A DNA stretch of 64,000 bases. It comes from Eledone cirrhosa (lineage: Eukaryota). How positions within the stretch are numbered: position 1 is the stretch's first letter; every line of letters begins with the position of its first letter. Below, in pieces: positions 27,670-39,529 of the stretch. A program made the position numbers and the translations under genes. Location: the NCBI GenBank assembly GCA_964016885.1, contig OZ024742.1, forward strand, positions 313,472,001 to 313,536,000, in the 5' to 3' direction. The notes beneath the pieces were generated by a model, which saw nothing but the letters and a program-made list of their open reading frames with translations, had not been told where the DNA came from and made no database searches.

Positions 27670-28775
27670 GGCAGTGGATTGGCAGAATTGGTAGAGCATC
27701 AGACAACATGCTTAGCAACATAAAGTTACGGCCCTTTACGGTCTGAGTTCAAATCCTGCCGAGATTAGCTTTGCTTTTAATCCTTACGGGGTCGATAAAA
27801 TAAAGCACCAGTCACATACTGGGGTTGATTTAATCAATTTTCCCCTCCCCCCAAAATTGCTGGCCTTGTGCCTATAGTAGAAATAATTGTTTCTACTTTT
27901 GGCACAAGGCCAGCAATTACCCAGTACATTACTGGTACTTTATTTTATCGACCCCGTATGGATGAAAGGCAAAGTTAACCTCGGCGGGATTTGAACTATA
28001 GTAGAAATAATAATAATTATTATTATTATTATTACACTGAATTGGCAGAATCAGTAGAGCATTGGACAATATGCTTTACAGCATAGAGTTACGGTCCTTT
28101 ATGTTCTAAGTTCAAATACTGCCAAGGTTAGCTTTGCCTTTCATCCTTACAGGGTTGATAAAATAAAGTACCAGTAATGCACCAGGGTCGATTTAATTGA
28201 CTTTCCTTTTCCTCCAAAATTGTTGGCTTGGTGCCTAAATCAGAAACCATGGCAGTATCGGTAGAGGGTCAGACACCATGCTTTGACGCATAGAGGTACG
28301 GCCCTTGCCATTCTGAGTTCAAATCCCGCCGAGGTTAACTTTGCCTTTCATCCTTACGGGGTCGATAAAATAAAGTATCAGTAATCTACTGGGTAATTGC
28401 TGGCCTTGTGCCAATAGTAGAAACAATTATTATTATTATTGTAGAGGGTCGGACGCCATGCTTTGCAGCAAAGAGTTACGGCCCTTTATGATCTGAGTTC
28501 AAATCCCGCCGAGGTTAACTTTGCCTTTCATCCTTATGGGGTTGATAAAATAAAGTACCAGTAATGCACTGGGATAATTGCTGGCCTTGTGCCAAAAGTA
28601 GAAACAATTATTATTATTATTGTAGTTATTCTGAGTTCAAACCCGCCAAGGTTAACTTTGTCTTTCATCCTTACGGGGTCAATAAAATAAAGTACCAGTC
28701 ACGCACTGGGGTTGATCTAATCGACTTTACCCTCCCCCAAAATTGCTGGCCTTGTGCTTATATAAGAAACCATTA
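27670..28775 (+). mobile_element. Cluster of ~5 tandem plus one inverted Nin/Deu-like SINE copies
   Basis: Repeated gagttcaaatcccgccgaggttaactttgcctttcatcc; inverted copy ~27888-27997. Confidence 0.85.
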
Positions 28776-29032
28776 TCGTAGTTATTTATTTTAATACGTT
28801 GTATTATATTTTATTTTGGTACATCAAACAGTTCAGTATGCTACAGATGAGGGCAGCTGTAGGTAATATATTGTTCAATAATATCCATTATATGTCACGC
28901 GTCCTCTTTTAGTTGACAGATGTTACAACTCCTACGCTCAATTCTTTATTGCCAGCTACAGGGTGGAATTCAGGATCCCATACATTTGATTGCCAAATTA
29001 CTGAAAAAAAAAAAAAATTTATATATATATAT

Positions 29033-29100
29033 GTATCTGATGAGAATGCAAATATCATCCTATGATGATATTTGTTTTTGAAATGTGCATAATAAAATAC
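29033..29100 (+). ncRNA. Hammerhead motif (same family as 15146-15216)
   Basis: CTGATGA-gaatgcaaatatcatc-ctat-gatgatatttgttttt-GAAA-TGTGCATA. Confidence 0.7.
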
Positions 29101-29129
29101 ATGGAACTCTTTTAACCATCTTTTGATCT

Positions 29130-29177
<48 letters not shown>

Positions 29178-29608
29178 GTAGAACACTGGAAGGTAATAAC
29201 CGTAGTGGTAGAGCACTCAGTCCATGGGACGAGTTAGGTGAACTAACTGTTGTGTAACCACTTCTATATATATATATATATAGCAATAATAATAAATTTG
29301 AAGACTAAAATCCAAAGAGGGTTCGATAAGGATAAATATATATCAAATATATAAGAACCGTAGAGCAAATATTTATTAAAATAACAGATTAAAGTTTAAG
29401 CAAAGAATCGCTGCTTTCACCCTTAACGGGATCTTCTGAAACTCAGAAGATCCCGTTAAGGATGTAAGCAGCGATTCTTTGCTTAAACTTTAATCTGTTA
29501 TTTTAATAAATATATATATATGTAAAAGGTAAACAGAAATAACAACACAATCGGTACAGTATATGGAAGGTATATATTAGGTTAACGCTTGGTATAGCAG
29601 GAAGAGGG

Positions 29609-29643
29609 TCTTAACGTTTCGGACGCTAGTCCTTCATCAGAGA
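29609..29643 (-). ncRNA. Minimal hammerhead motif
   Basis: tct-CTGATGA-a-GGAC-tagc-GTCC-GAAACGTTA-aga. Confidence 0.75.
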
Positions 29644-30474
29644 TGGCTGAGAAGAATGTAGTAGAGGAAAAGTGGTAGAGAGTCGTGGAATATTTAATTA
29701 TATATATAATTTAATAACACACCAAACAGAAAACACTCACGCAAACGCATGTACAATCAGAGACAGAGACAAGAATAGATAAATAAATGAAATAAAAATG
29801 GCGTAGACATTACAATACAATGGGAGCAAACATAATAGTGCCACTGATAATGTTACAGGTGTGTGATGAAAGAACTTTGATAGACTATATATATATGTTT
29901 ATATCAGTAATAATAATAATATTTATACTAATATATGGTTTATATATAATTATAAATATGGAGGGTAGTACTAAGTACTAGCCAATTACTAGTAAGAGAA
30001 AAGGCTCAATGTAAATTATCAAATGTATTACAGAGCCAAGATACAACATATAAAACAATCAAATCTTAGTTTAATACATTTAATTGCTGTATTTTTAACC
30101 ATTGGTCAATCAATGATAAACATTGATTGCCAAATAAATTAACTATGGAGATATCAAAAATACAGAAGCGAAAACCAATCCAAACCAAACAGTGAGTGTG
30201 TTTTATTATTATTTGTGGCAATATTATAACAATATGACCCTCCCCAAATATAACAATATATATATATATATAAACAAAGTTAACTTGAACATTGAGTTTG
30301 AGATGTGAATGTATTAGGATTCGTAGGAAAATAGGAAGAGTCAGTGCAAGGAAGCTGTTATTCCTTTCTCCTTTCTTCCTATCACTCTTCAAGCCAACTC
30401 ACTTCTAGCTGCTTATTTCTATCCTTTGAGGTAAAAATTTTACCTGATGCTGTCATTGATGGCATTTTGCTATT

Positions 30475-30509
30475 TTAATAGCTTCTTTGCGCTGAGTGTT
30501 CCCATTTTG
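30475..30509 (-). CDS. Candidate terminal exon of minus-strand gene (KWEHSAQRSY*)
   Basis: tttgtag acceptor; frame fits a phase-1 donor at 31585; AATAAA on minus near 30202. Confidence 0.3.
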
Positions 30510-30787
30510 CTACAAATATATACATATACATATATATGTGTATGTATATAAAGAGAGAGGGTGATGATGGACTGGATGCTTTTTATGTTGTACCAGCACT
30601 ACCACTTTACAGTGTAGGCTGAGTGCCTTTTATTATGGCACCAGCACTACCATTTTACAGTGTGGGTTATGTGCCTGGTTTGGAATAGGTACATTGTTGT
30701 AAGAAGCAATGAAAAAGGTTGGCAACAGGAAGAGAATCCAGCCATAAAGTGAAGTAAAAATGGTCTGTTGGGCATACTCTTTTAAAG

Positions 30788-30959
30788 TTAACCTTTTAAC
30801 ATTTAAACTGGCCAGAATTCTCTCACCCCTCTCTGTCCAAACCAACTGTAACTGGCCGCTTATACTGATGTTAAGGTATTGTTCTCAAAATAAATATCAA
30901 AATCTCATAGATTCAATATTATGTGAAAATATAGAGTAATGTAAATGCTAAAGGGTTAA
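30788..30959 (-). mobile_element. piggyBac-like MITE (internally deleted)
   Basis: TTAA-flanked, ends CTAAAGGGTTAA. Confidence 0.8.
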
Positions 30960-31297
30960 AGTTGAAGTTTATCCTAAGCCATTTGGATCATCAGGTTGGT
31001 GTTTATCATTACTTTCATTTTTCATCAGCATTAAGTGATTGAGGATAAAACTCATCACTTGACAGGATGCCAGTTTATCGCAGGTGTAGACCCCAGCTAC
31101 TGCTGGTACTTATTTTTAGCTGAGTGTACGGAACAACATGAAAAGCAGTGTTTTGCCCCAAAACACAACATACCACCTAGTTCAGGAATTGAACCCAAAA
31201 CATTATGATCGTAAGTCCAACACTTTAACCACCTGACCTTTGAGGTCCATGTTAACTTATGTGAAATGAATAACAAAAATGAACCGTGAGAGTAGCA

Positions 31298-31497
31298 TTA
31301 ACCCTTTAGCATTTATATTACTCTATATATATACTATCATATTTTCATGGTAATATGGAATCTATGAGATTTTGATATTATTTATTTTGAGAACAATATC
31401 TTAACATCAATATAAATGGCCAGTTACGGTCAGCTTGAACAGATAGAGGTGAGAGAATTCTAGCCGGATATGGCCGGTTTAAATGTTAAAGGGTTAA
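31298..31497 (+). mobile_element. piggyBac-like MITE
   Basis: TTAACCCTTTAG...AAAGGGTTAA. Confidence 0.85.
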
Positions 31498-31561
31498 TTG
31501 AGGTGTGCATGAGTGATGACTGCAATGGTAGGAATATGTGAAAAATGTTTGTGTTAATGTG

Positions 31562-31726
31562 TCAAAGATGCATATCTTCATTACCAATATCTGATGCCTG
31601 AAGTTTAATTGATGGAAGAGGAAAACATTGATTTAAACAGCTGTTGATTGGATACAACTTCATTTCTTTTTCACCACAGCCCTGTAGATACATCACAGGA
31701 CCTGCACCAAAGATGTCTACAGTCTC
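31562..31726 (-). CDS. Exon of unidentified minus-strand gene (ETVDIFGAGPVMYLQGCGEKEMKLYPINSCLNQCFPLPSIKLQASDIGNEDMHL*)
   Basis: ttttttcttag acceptor; open in phase 0; ends at TGA 31562 or at internal donor ATTG|gtaatg (31585). Confidence 0.7.
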   Translation of the reverse strand, partial: ETVDIFGAGPVMYLQGCGEKEMKLYPINSCLNQCFPLPSIKLQASDIGNEDMHL

Positions 31727-31755
31727 CTAAGAAAAAACAAAAATTATATGTATAT

Positions 31756-32320
31756 ACTAGCAGATTGTCCCGGTGTTGTTCGGGATTTGCTCTAGGGTTC
31801 TTATATATTTGATATATATTTATCCTTATCGAGCCTTGTGAAATAAATACATTTATTTATATTTTGTTATTGTGTATGCAAAAATATCTGTACACGAATA
31901 TATAATTATATATATATATATTAAAATAACAGATTAAAGTTTAAGCAAAGAATCTCTGCTTTCACCCTTAACGGGATCTTCTGAAACTAAAAAAATCAAT
32001 CTGTGAACGGAGAAGTAAATTTTTCGAAAAACGTTACACACTATATATATATATATATACACACATAGAGCGTCATAATGTTGTAATGCAGACAGATATT
32101 ATAAGGGCGCAACATTATATCTATGTATCTATCTAAAAAGAAAGACTAAGAATTATAGAGAGAAATCGCTAAATCACCTAATGCGGTCCCGAGGGCATTG
32201 GAAATATTTTTGGCTCAAAACACTCACAGGACCATAAGTATTACATGTTTAAAGTTTGAAAACAATCGGTTGGGTGGTTCTCGAGTTTTAGGGAGACAGA
32301 CAGACATTCTCTGTTTTAGA
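31756..32320 (+). mobile_element. Helentron/DINE-1-like non-autonomous element with nested fragments
   Basis: tactagcagattgtcccggtgttgttcggg at one end; aacaatcggttg...gagttttaggga-gacagacagaca at the other. Confidence 0.55.
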
Positions 32321-32544
32321 TGTGTGTGTGTGTATCCATCTAATCATCATCATCATCCTCATCATCATTTCCTTGCTTGCAAGGGTGGGGCGGGTCCTAT
32401 TAAGCACGGCATCCCTCCATTCATCATGGTCCTTTGACATCTCCTCCATGAGCTTCACCGATTTGAGGTCTGCTCACACCACCTCTGCCCATGTTTTTTT
32501 GTATATATATATGTATATAAAGAAAATGTTTTTTTTTCAAATGA

Positions 32545-33015
32545 AAAAAAACATGATGTCCTACATGAGTGAAAGTATAAGGAAAAGAAATCGAAAATAC
32601 AATTGGAGTCTTTTTAGGAATATTTATTTGTTTCCTTTAACGGTTTCAGAGTTCTTATGCTTTTCAAAAGTAGAATTGAGATGCAGGGTTTGTGGTTTTT
32701 CTCGTATCTGCGAGACCCTCCAACTCAATTCTTTTGAAAAGCATAAGAACTTTAAAACAGGTAAAGGAAACAAATAAATATTCTTAAAAAGACTCCAGTT
32801 GCATTTTAGATTTCTTTTCCTTATATATATATATATTTTTAATATATGTATATATATATATATATATTATAAAGAAAAAGAGATGAAATCGAAAATGCAA
32901 CTGGAGTCTTATTTTTTTTTTAAATATATAAATATTTTTTAAAAAAATAAGACTCCAGTTGCATTTTCGATATCATCTCTTTTTCTTTATACTTTCACTC
33001 ATGTAGGACACCTCG
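32545..33015. repeat. Nested inverted repeats (two fold-backs)
   Basis: 32570-32690 vs 32715-32825 and 32865-32920 vs 32940-32995 are reverse complements. Confidence 0.85.
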
Positions 33016-33372
33016 GTTATTTTTCAATTTGTAAAAAAAACCTCACTTTCTAATATATATATATATATATATACACATATATTAACCACTGTAAAGTGGT
33101 TGGTGTTATGAAGGGCATCCAGCTGCAGAAACTAAGGTACAAGTAATACATGGTCACCTGCCTAACCTAGCCTGAAAATGTGATGACTTGTCTAACCCAT
33201 GCAAACATATAAAATAGATGTTAAACCATGATGAGGATGATGATAATGATATCAAAATACTTGCAATTTTCAAACACATGAATATATAGTTACTATTCTA
33301 GCGTCTTAATTACACACTCGTGTTTCTGTAAAAATATAAAATAAGAAATGTTATTAAAATCTTGTTACTTGC

Positions 33373-33508
33373 CATTTTATATTGAGGTCGAGCAACTCCA
33401 TCAATGACCAGTAGTTTTTCAATACCAACTTCTATGGTCTTCAGTAAAAAATTGGAGTGTGGAAATAATTTACGTAGAACATGGCTACTTCTATAATCCC
33501 TGGAGACC
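33373..33508 (-). CDS. Exon of unidentified minus-strand gene (VSRDYRSSHVLRKLFPHSNFLLKTIEVGIEKLLVIDGVARPQYKM)
   Basis: cttttcttcttctgaag acceptor; 136 nt open; first G completes TGG from the upstream exon; ATG|gcaagt donor. Confidence 0.75.
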
Positions 33509-34371
33509 CTTCAGAAGAAGAAAAGAGTTTATAATTTTTTAATTTGTTTTGGACATTTACATATTGTTAGAATGAGAGGTGATTTGGCAGAGTAGTTAGA
33601 ATGTCGGATAGAAGGCTTTGCCAGAATTGTTTTGACTCTCCACTCTCTGAGTTCAAATCCTGCCAAAGTCAACTTAGCCTGTCCTCCATTCGAGGTCAAT
33701 AAAAAAGGTACCAGTTTAGTACTGGGGTTGATTCTTTCTCTATATCTCTTTCTCATTTCCACTCCCTCACACTCTACCTTTCTTTGGAAGAAATCTTGGA
33801 AATATTCAGACTTGGAGAGGAGATGGGCTCTGCCAGATTTAAGAATGCCTTAGAAATGTATGTCAATATGATACCCCTATGACTCCCTCAAGAGTTGTGG
33901 GACCATGCATGCATGGAAGAATGGGTGCATTTACACCTTTCTATCCCCACGGATGCAAGTATGGCTGAGTGGTTAAAATGCTTACTTTACGATCATGAGG
34001 TTTTAGATTCAATCTCCCTGCATGGCAACTTGGACAAATGTCTTTACATAGTAAGTTGACATGGGAATATGGACTAAGTTACAGGACATAAACATACAAA
34101 TATAAGTAAAGAAGTATATTATAAGATATTTGTGTGAGAATTGAATTTATCCTCATTTATATAACACAGGCATGACTGTGGTTCAGAAGTTGACTTTGCA
34201 ACAACATGCTTACAAATCTGATCACACTGCATGGCATCTTGGACTAGTGCCTTTTACTACAACATCAAGATAAAGAAAAAAGAGAGGAAGGGAAAAAAGA
34301 AAAGCACAGAGAGGAGAAAGAAAAGGACAAAGAGGAGATGAGAGAGAGAAAGTTTGGTCTGATATACTTAC

Positions 34372-34553
34372 CATTTATATTGTGACTTGGTATTGTCTGT
34401 TAAGTGATGCTTAATGTCAGGATTAAACAGTTTGGACAATTCTTCTAAGATAGCCACAGAGAGGTGTAGAGAAGATGTGTTCTGTTTTTTGTGAGAGATT
34501 TCACAAGAGACAAACTTTTGGATATCATTAAAACACATTTTAGAGCCAGCATT
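34372..34553 (-). CDS. Exon of unidentified minus-strand gene (NAGSKMCFNDIQKFVSCEISHKKQNTSSLHLSVAILEELSKLFNPDIKHHLTDNTKSQYK)
   Basis: catttcag|...|gtaagt; 182 nt fully open. Confidence 0.8.
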
Positions 34554-35460
34554 CTGAAATGATTGGATAAGTTTATTTATGCTAAGTTCATTCTGGTATG
34601 GGGGAAATAAAATTGATTGAAATAAAACTATAGTATCATTATTCTATCAATAACAATAAATAATAGGAAGGATTTAAGGCTATTTTCCCTGCTAAAGCAT
34701 GGGTTAGCCATATGGGTTTCATGATATGTTCCTTTATGTTTCCCTATCCTCTTTATTCCCTCACCTTTTCTTTGCTTTTCATTTACTTCTCTTTCTTCTT
34801 TAGCCGCATCATTTTAAAAATGATTATTATTCCCTTCCTCTACTTCTTTAAACATTTATTTACATCACTCATTTCATGTAGTCACTTTTGCTCTTTCTTA
34901 ACACACGACTCATACATACATACATCCATACTCTATGCATGTACTGAGTTCAATGTCTTCTAGAGTAGCCACACACCTAGAATTATATATATATCATCAT
35001 CATCAACGTTTAATGTCTATCTTCCACGCTAGCATGGGTTAGACGGGAATTGTCCCACTTGAGGCAAGATTGATCAGGTGACCGTGTCTCACTCATATAG
35101 AACTGTATCTGGCAGGTTTTCTATGGCTGGATGCCCTTCCTAACACCATATATATATATATAATTTGTGAGCAATATACTTTACATCTTGCTAAAAACGA
35201 TTGGTAACAATCTGATTTAGAGAAGCTTATAAATATAGAAATATCTTTAATAAAAATAAGATGGTCAATTCTGTTCTTTTGCTCTCATGAAACTGCATTA
35301 AAGGGAACATTTGTTGAGTCTTCTAGCTTTAGGGTGTTTAACGAATACTTTACCCCTAGGGTCAGATGGTGGTGAAGTTTTTTTTTTGTTTAAAGTTTCT
35401 TTACTGGGATCTACCCTTTTGGATAGTATGTACTTTTATTTTATATATGTGTATATATGT

Positions 35461-35556
<96 letters not shown>

Positions 35557-35704
35557 ATATATAACGGAAGAAATGTGGATGTATATATAGTGTATTTTGC
35601 AATACACGTTATGCTTAATTAAAAGCATTTTGAAGACCGTAAGCTATTGTTTTTTAGAGTAGTGACAAATTCACTTACTTTGATCTCAGCAAAGAGGGGA
35701 GATA

Positions 35705-35749
35705 AGCCGACAAGGCCTTGTTTCGCTTTTGTTGAAGCTTATCAAGGCT
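35705..35749 (-). ncRNA. Hammerhead motif with U3-A8 core variant
   Basis: agcc-TTGATAA-GCTT-caacaa-AAGC-GAAACAAGGCCTTGTC-ggct. Confidence 0.75.
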
Positions 35750-35946
35750 AACTACTCCCACCTGTCTACCGAGATCACTGATGTTATATTCTTATGATGT
35801 TATATTCTTATATATATACAGATATATACATATATATATATACATATATATACATATATATACATATATACATATATATATATATACATATATATATATA
35901 ACCCATGCAAGCGTGGAACACGGACGTTAAACGTTGATGATGATAC

Positions 35947-36061
<115 letters not shown>

Positions 36062-36088
36062 CATATATACATATATATACATATATAC

Positions 36089-36211
<123 letters not shown>

Positions 36212-36355
36212 GTAATAATAATAAATTTCAAGACTAAAATCGAAAGAGGGCTCGATAAGGATAAATATATATCAAATATATAAGAACCGTAGAGCAATAC
36301 TTCTGTTATTTTAATAAATATATATATATACATATATATACATATATATATATAC

Positions 36356-37509
<1,154 letters not shown>

Positions 37510-37576
37510 TTATATAAAATATTAAAAAAATAATGAATAAAACAATGAAACAGTTCCTTATATTAAACAAAAAAAG

Positions 37577-37729
37577 TTCATTATTTAACGATCGTTTCTA
37601 GGACATATATGTGTTAGAATTGGTATGCATATTCAACAGATCTATGTACAAAATTATACAAAATTATACAAATTATCAAATATAATATACATACCAACAC
37701 ATACATATGCCGTCTTCAGAAATAATGAA
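37577..37729 (-). ncRNA. Hammerhead motif with long stem II insert
   Basis: ttcattattt-CTGAAGA-...-GAAACGATCGTTA-aataatgaa. Confidence 0.7.
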
Positions 37730-38066
37730 ATATATTTATTGATAATAACAACAATTCAAAATTACAGGTCTGTTTGGGAACAGAGTTCAAATTGACCAAT
37801 GAAATACACAAAAATATATCAAGAAAATAGAGTTAAGTGTGTGTATATATGTAAGTAACTTCGTTCACAGATATGCATAAAAATATATGTTCACATGCAT
37901 ACGAATGTCGAAAACGTGTATGTAAATACAAAAATTCAGGGCTAATGTCTCTGTATGTTTATAATCTACAGATATATATATATATATATATATATCTACA
38001 AAAATTCAGGGCTAATGTCTCTGTATGTTTATAATCTACAGATATATATATATATATATCTACACA

Positions 38067-38133
<67 letters not shown>

Positions 38134-38138
38134 ACACA

Positions 38139-38199
<61 letters not shown>

Positions 38200-38204
38200 A
38201 CACA

Positions 38205-38256
<52 letters not shown>

Positions 38257-38591
38257 TCATCATCATCATCATCATCATTTAACGTTCGCTTTTCCCTGCT
38301 TGCAAGGGTGGGACGGGAACTGATTCTGGCTTGATTTCTACAGCTGGATGCCCTTCCTAACACCAACCTCATTTACAGTGAGTGCTGGGTGCTTTTTTGC
38401 CGTGGCACCTCCACGACCACTTTGCAGTGGAATGATAGGGACCCCAGTCCCTATCATCTCATTTCTACAGCTGAGTAAACTGGAGCAATGTGAAATAAAG
38501 TGTCTTGCTCAAGGAAACAACACATCACCCGGTCTGAGAATTGAACTCACAACCTTTCGATTGCAAGGCCAATGCTCTAACCACTAAGCCA
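38257..38591 (-). mobile_element. SINE family A inside (TA)n
   Basis: Reverse complement of 14636-14980. Confidence 0.85.
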
Positions 38592-38606
38592 TATACATAT
38601 ATATAC

Positions 38607-38747
<141 letters not shown>

Positions 38748-38762
38748 TATATATATATATAT

Positions 38763-38827
<65 letters not shown>

Positions 38828-38962
38828 TATACATCATCATCATCAACGTTTAACGTCCGTGTTCCACGCTTGCATGGGTTTGGACGGGGGTATTCCCACT
38901 TGAGGCATATACATATATATATATACATATATATACATATATATATATATATACATACATAC

Positions 38963-38993
<31 letters not shown>

Positions 38994-39028
38994 CATATAT
39001 ATACATATATATATATACATATATATAT

Positions 39029-39087
<59 letters not shown>

Positions 39088-39178
39088 CATATATACATAT
39101 ATATATAGATATATATATATATATATATATACATATGTATATATACATATATATATACATATATATATATATACATAC

Positions 39179-39209
<31 letters not shown>

Positions 39210-39210
39210 C

Positions 39211-39251
<41 letters not shown>

Positions 39252-39289
39252 TACGTACATATATATATATATACATATATACGTACACA

Positions 39290-39347
<58 letters not shown>

Positions 39348-39529
39348 TATATACATATATATATATAAAACTCCGAGTTGGTACCATCAATGTATATATA
39401 CATCAATGTATATATATATGTATATATACATCAATGTATATATATATGTATATATACATGTATATATATATGTATATATACATGTATATATATATGTATA
39501 TATACATATATATATACATATATATATAT

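Noticed and set aside
31680-31750. Plus-strand exon with NLS-like SPKKKQKL
   Set aside because: Better explained as the antisense of the minus-strand exon and its polypyrimidine tract
31562-34553. Naming the minus-strand gene
   Set aside because: Only vague resemblance to known proteins; needs a database search
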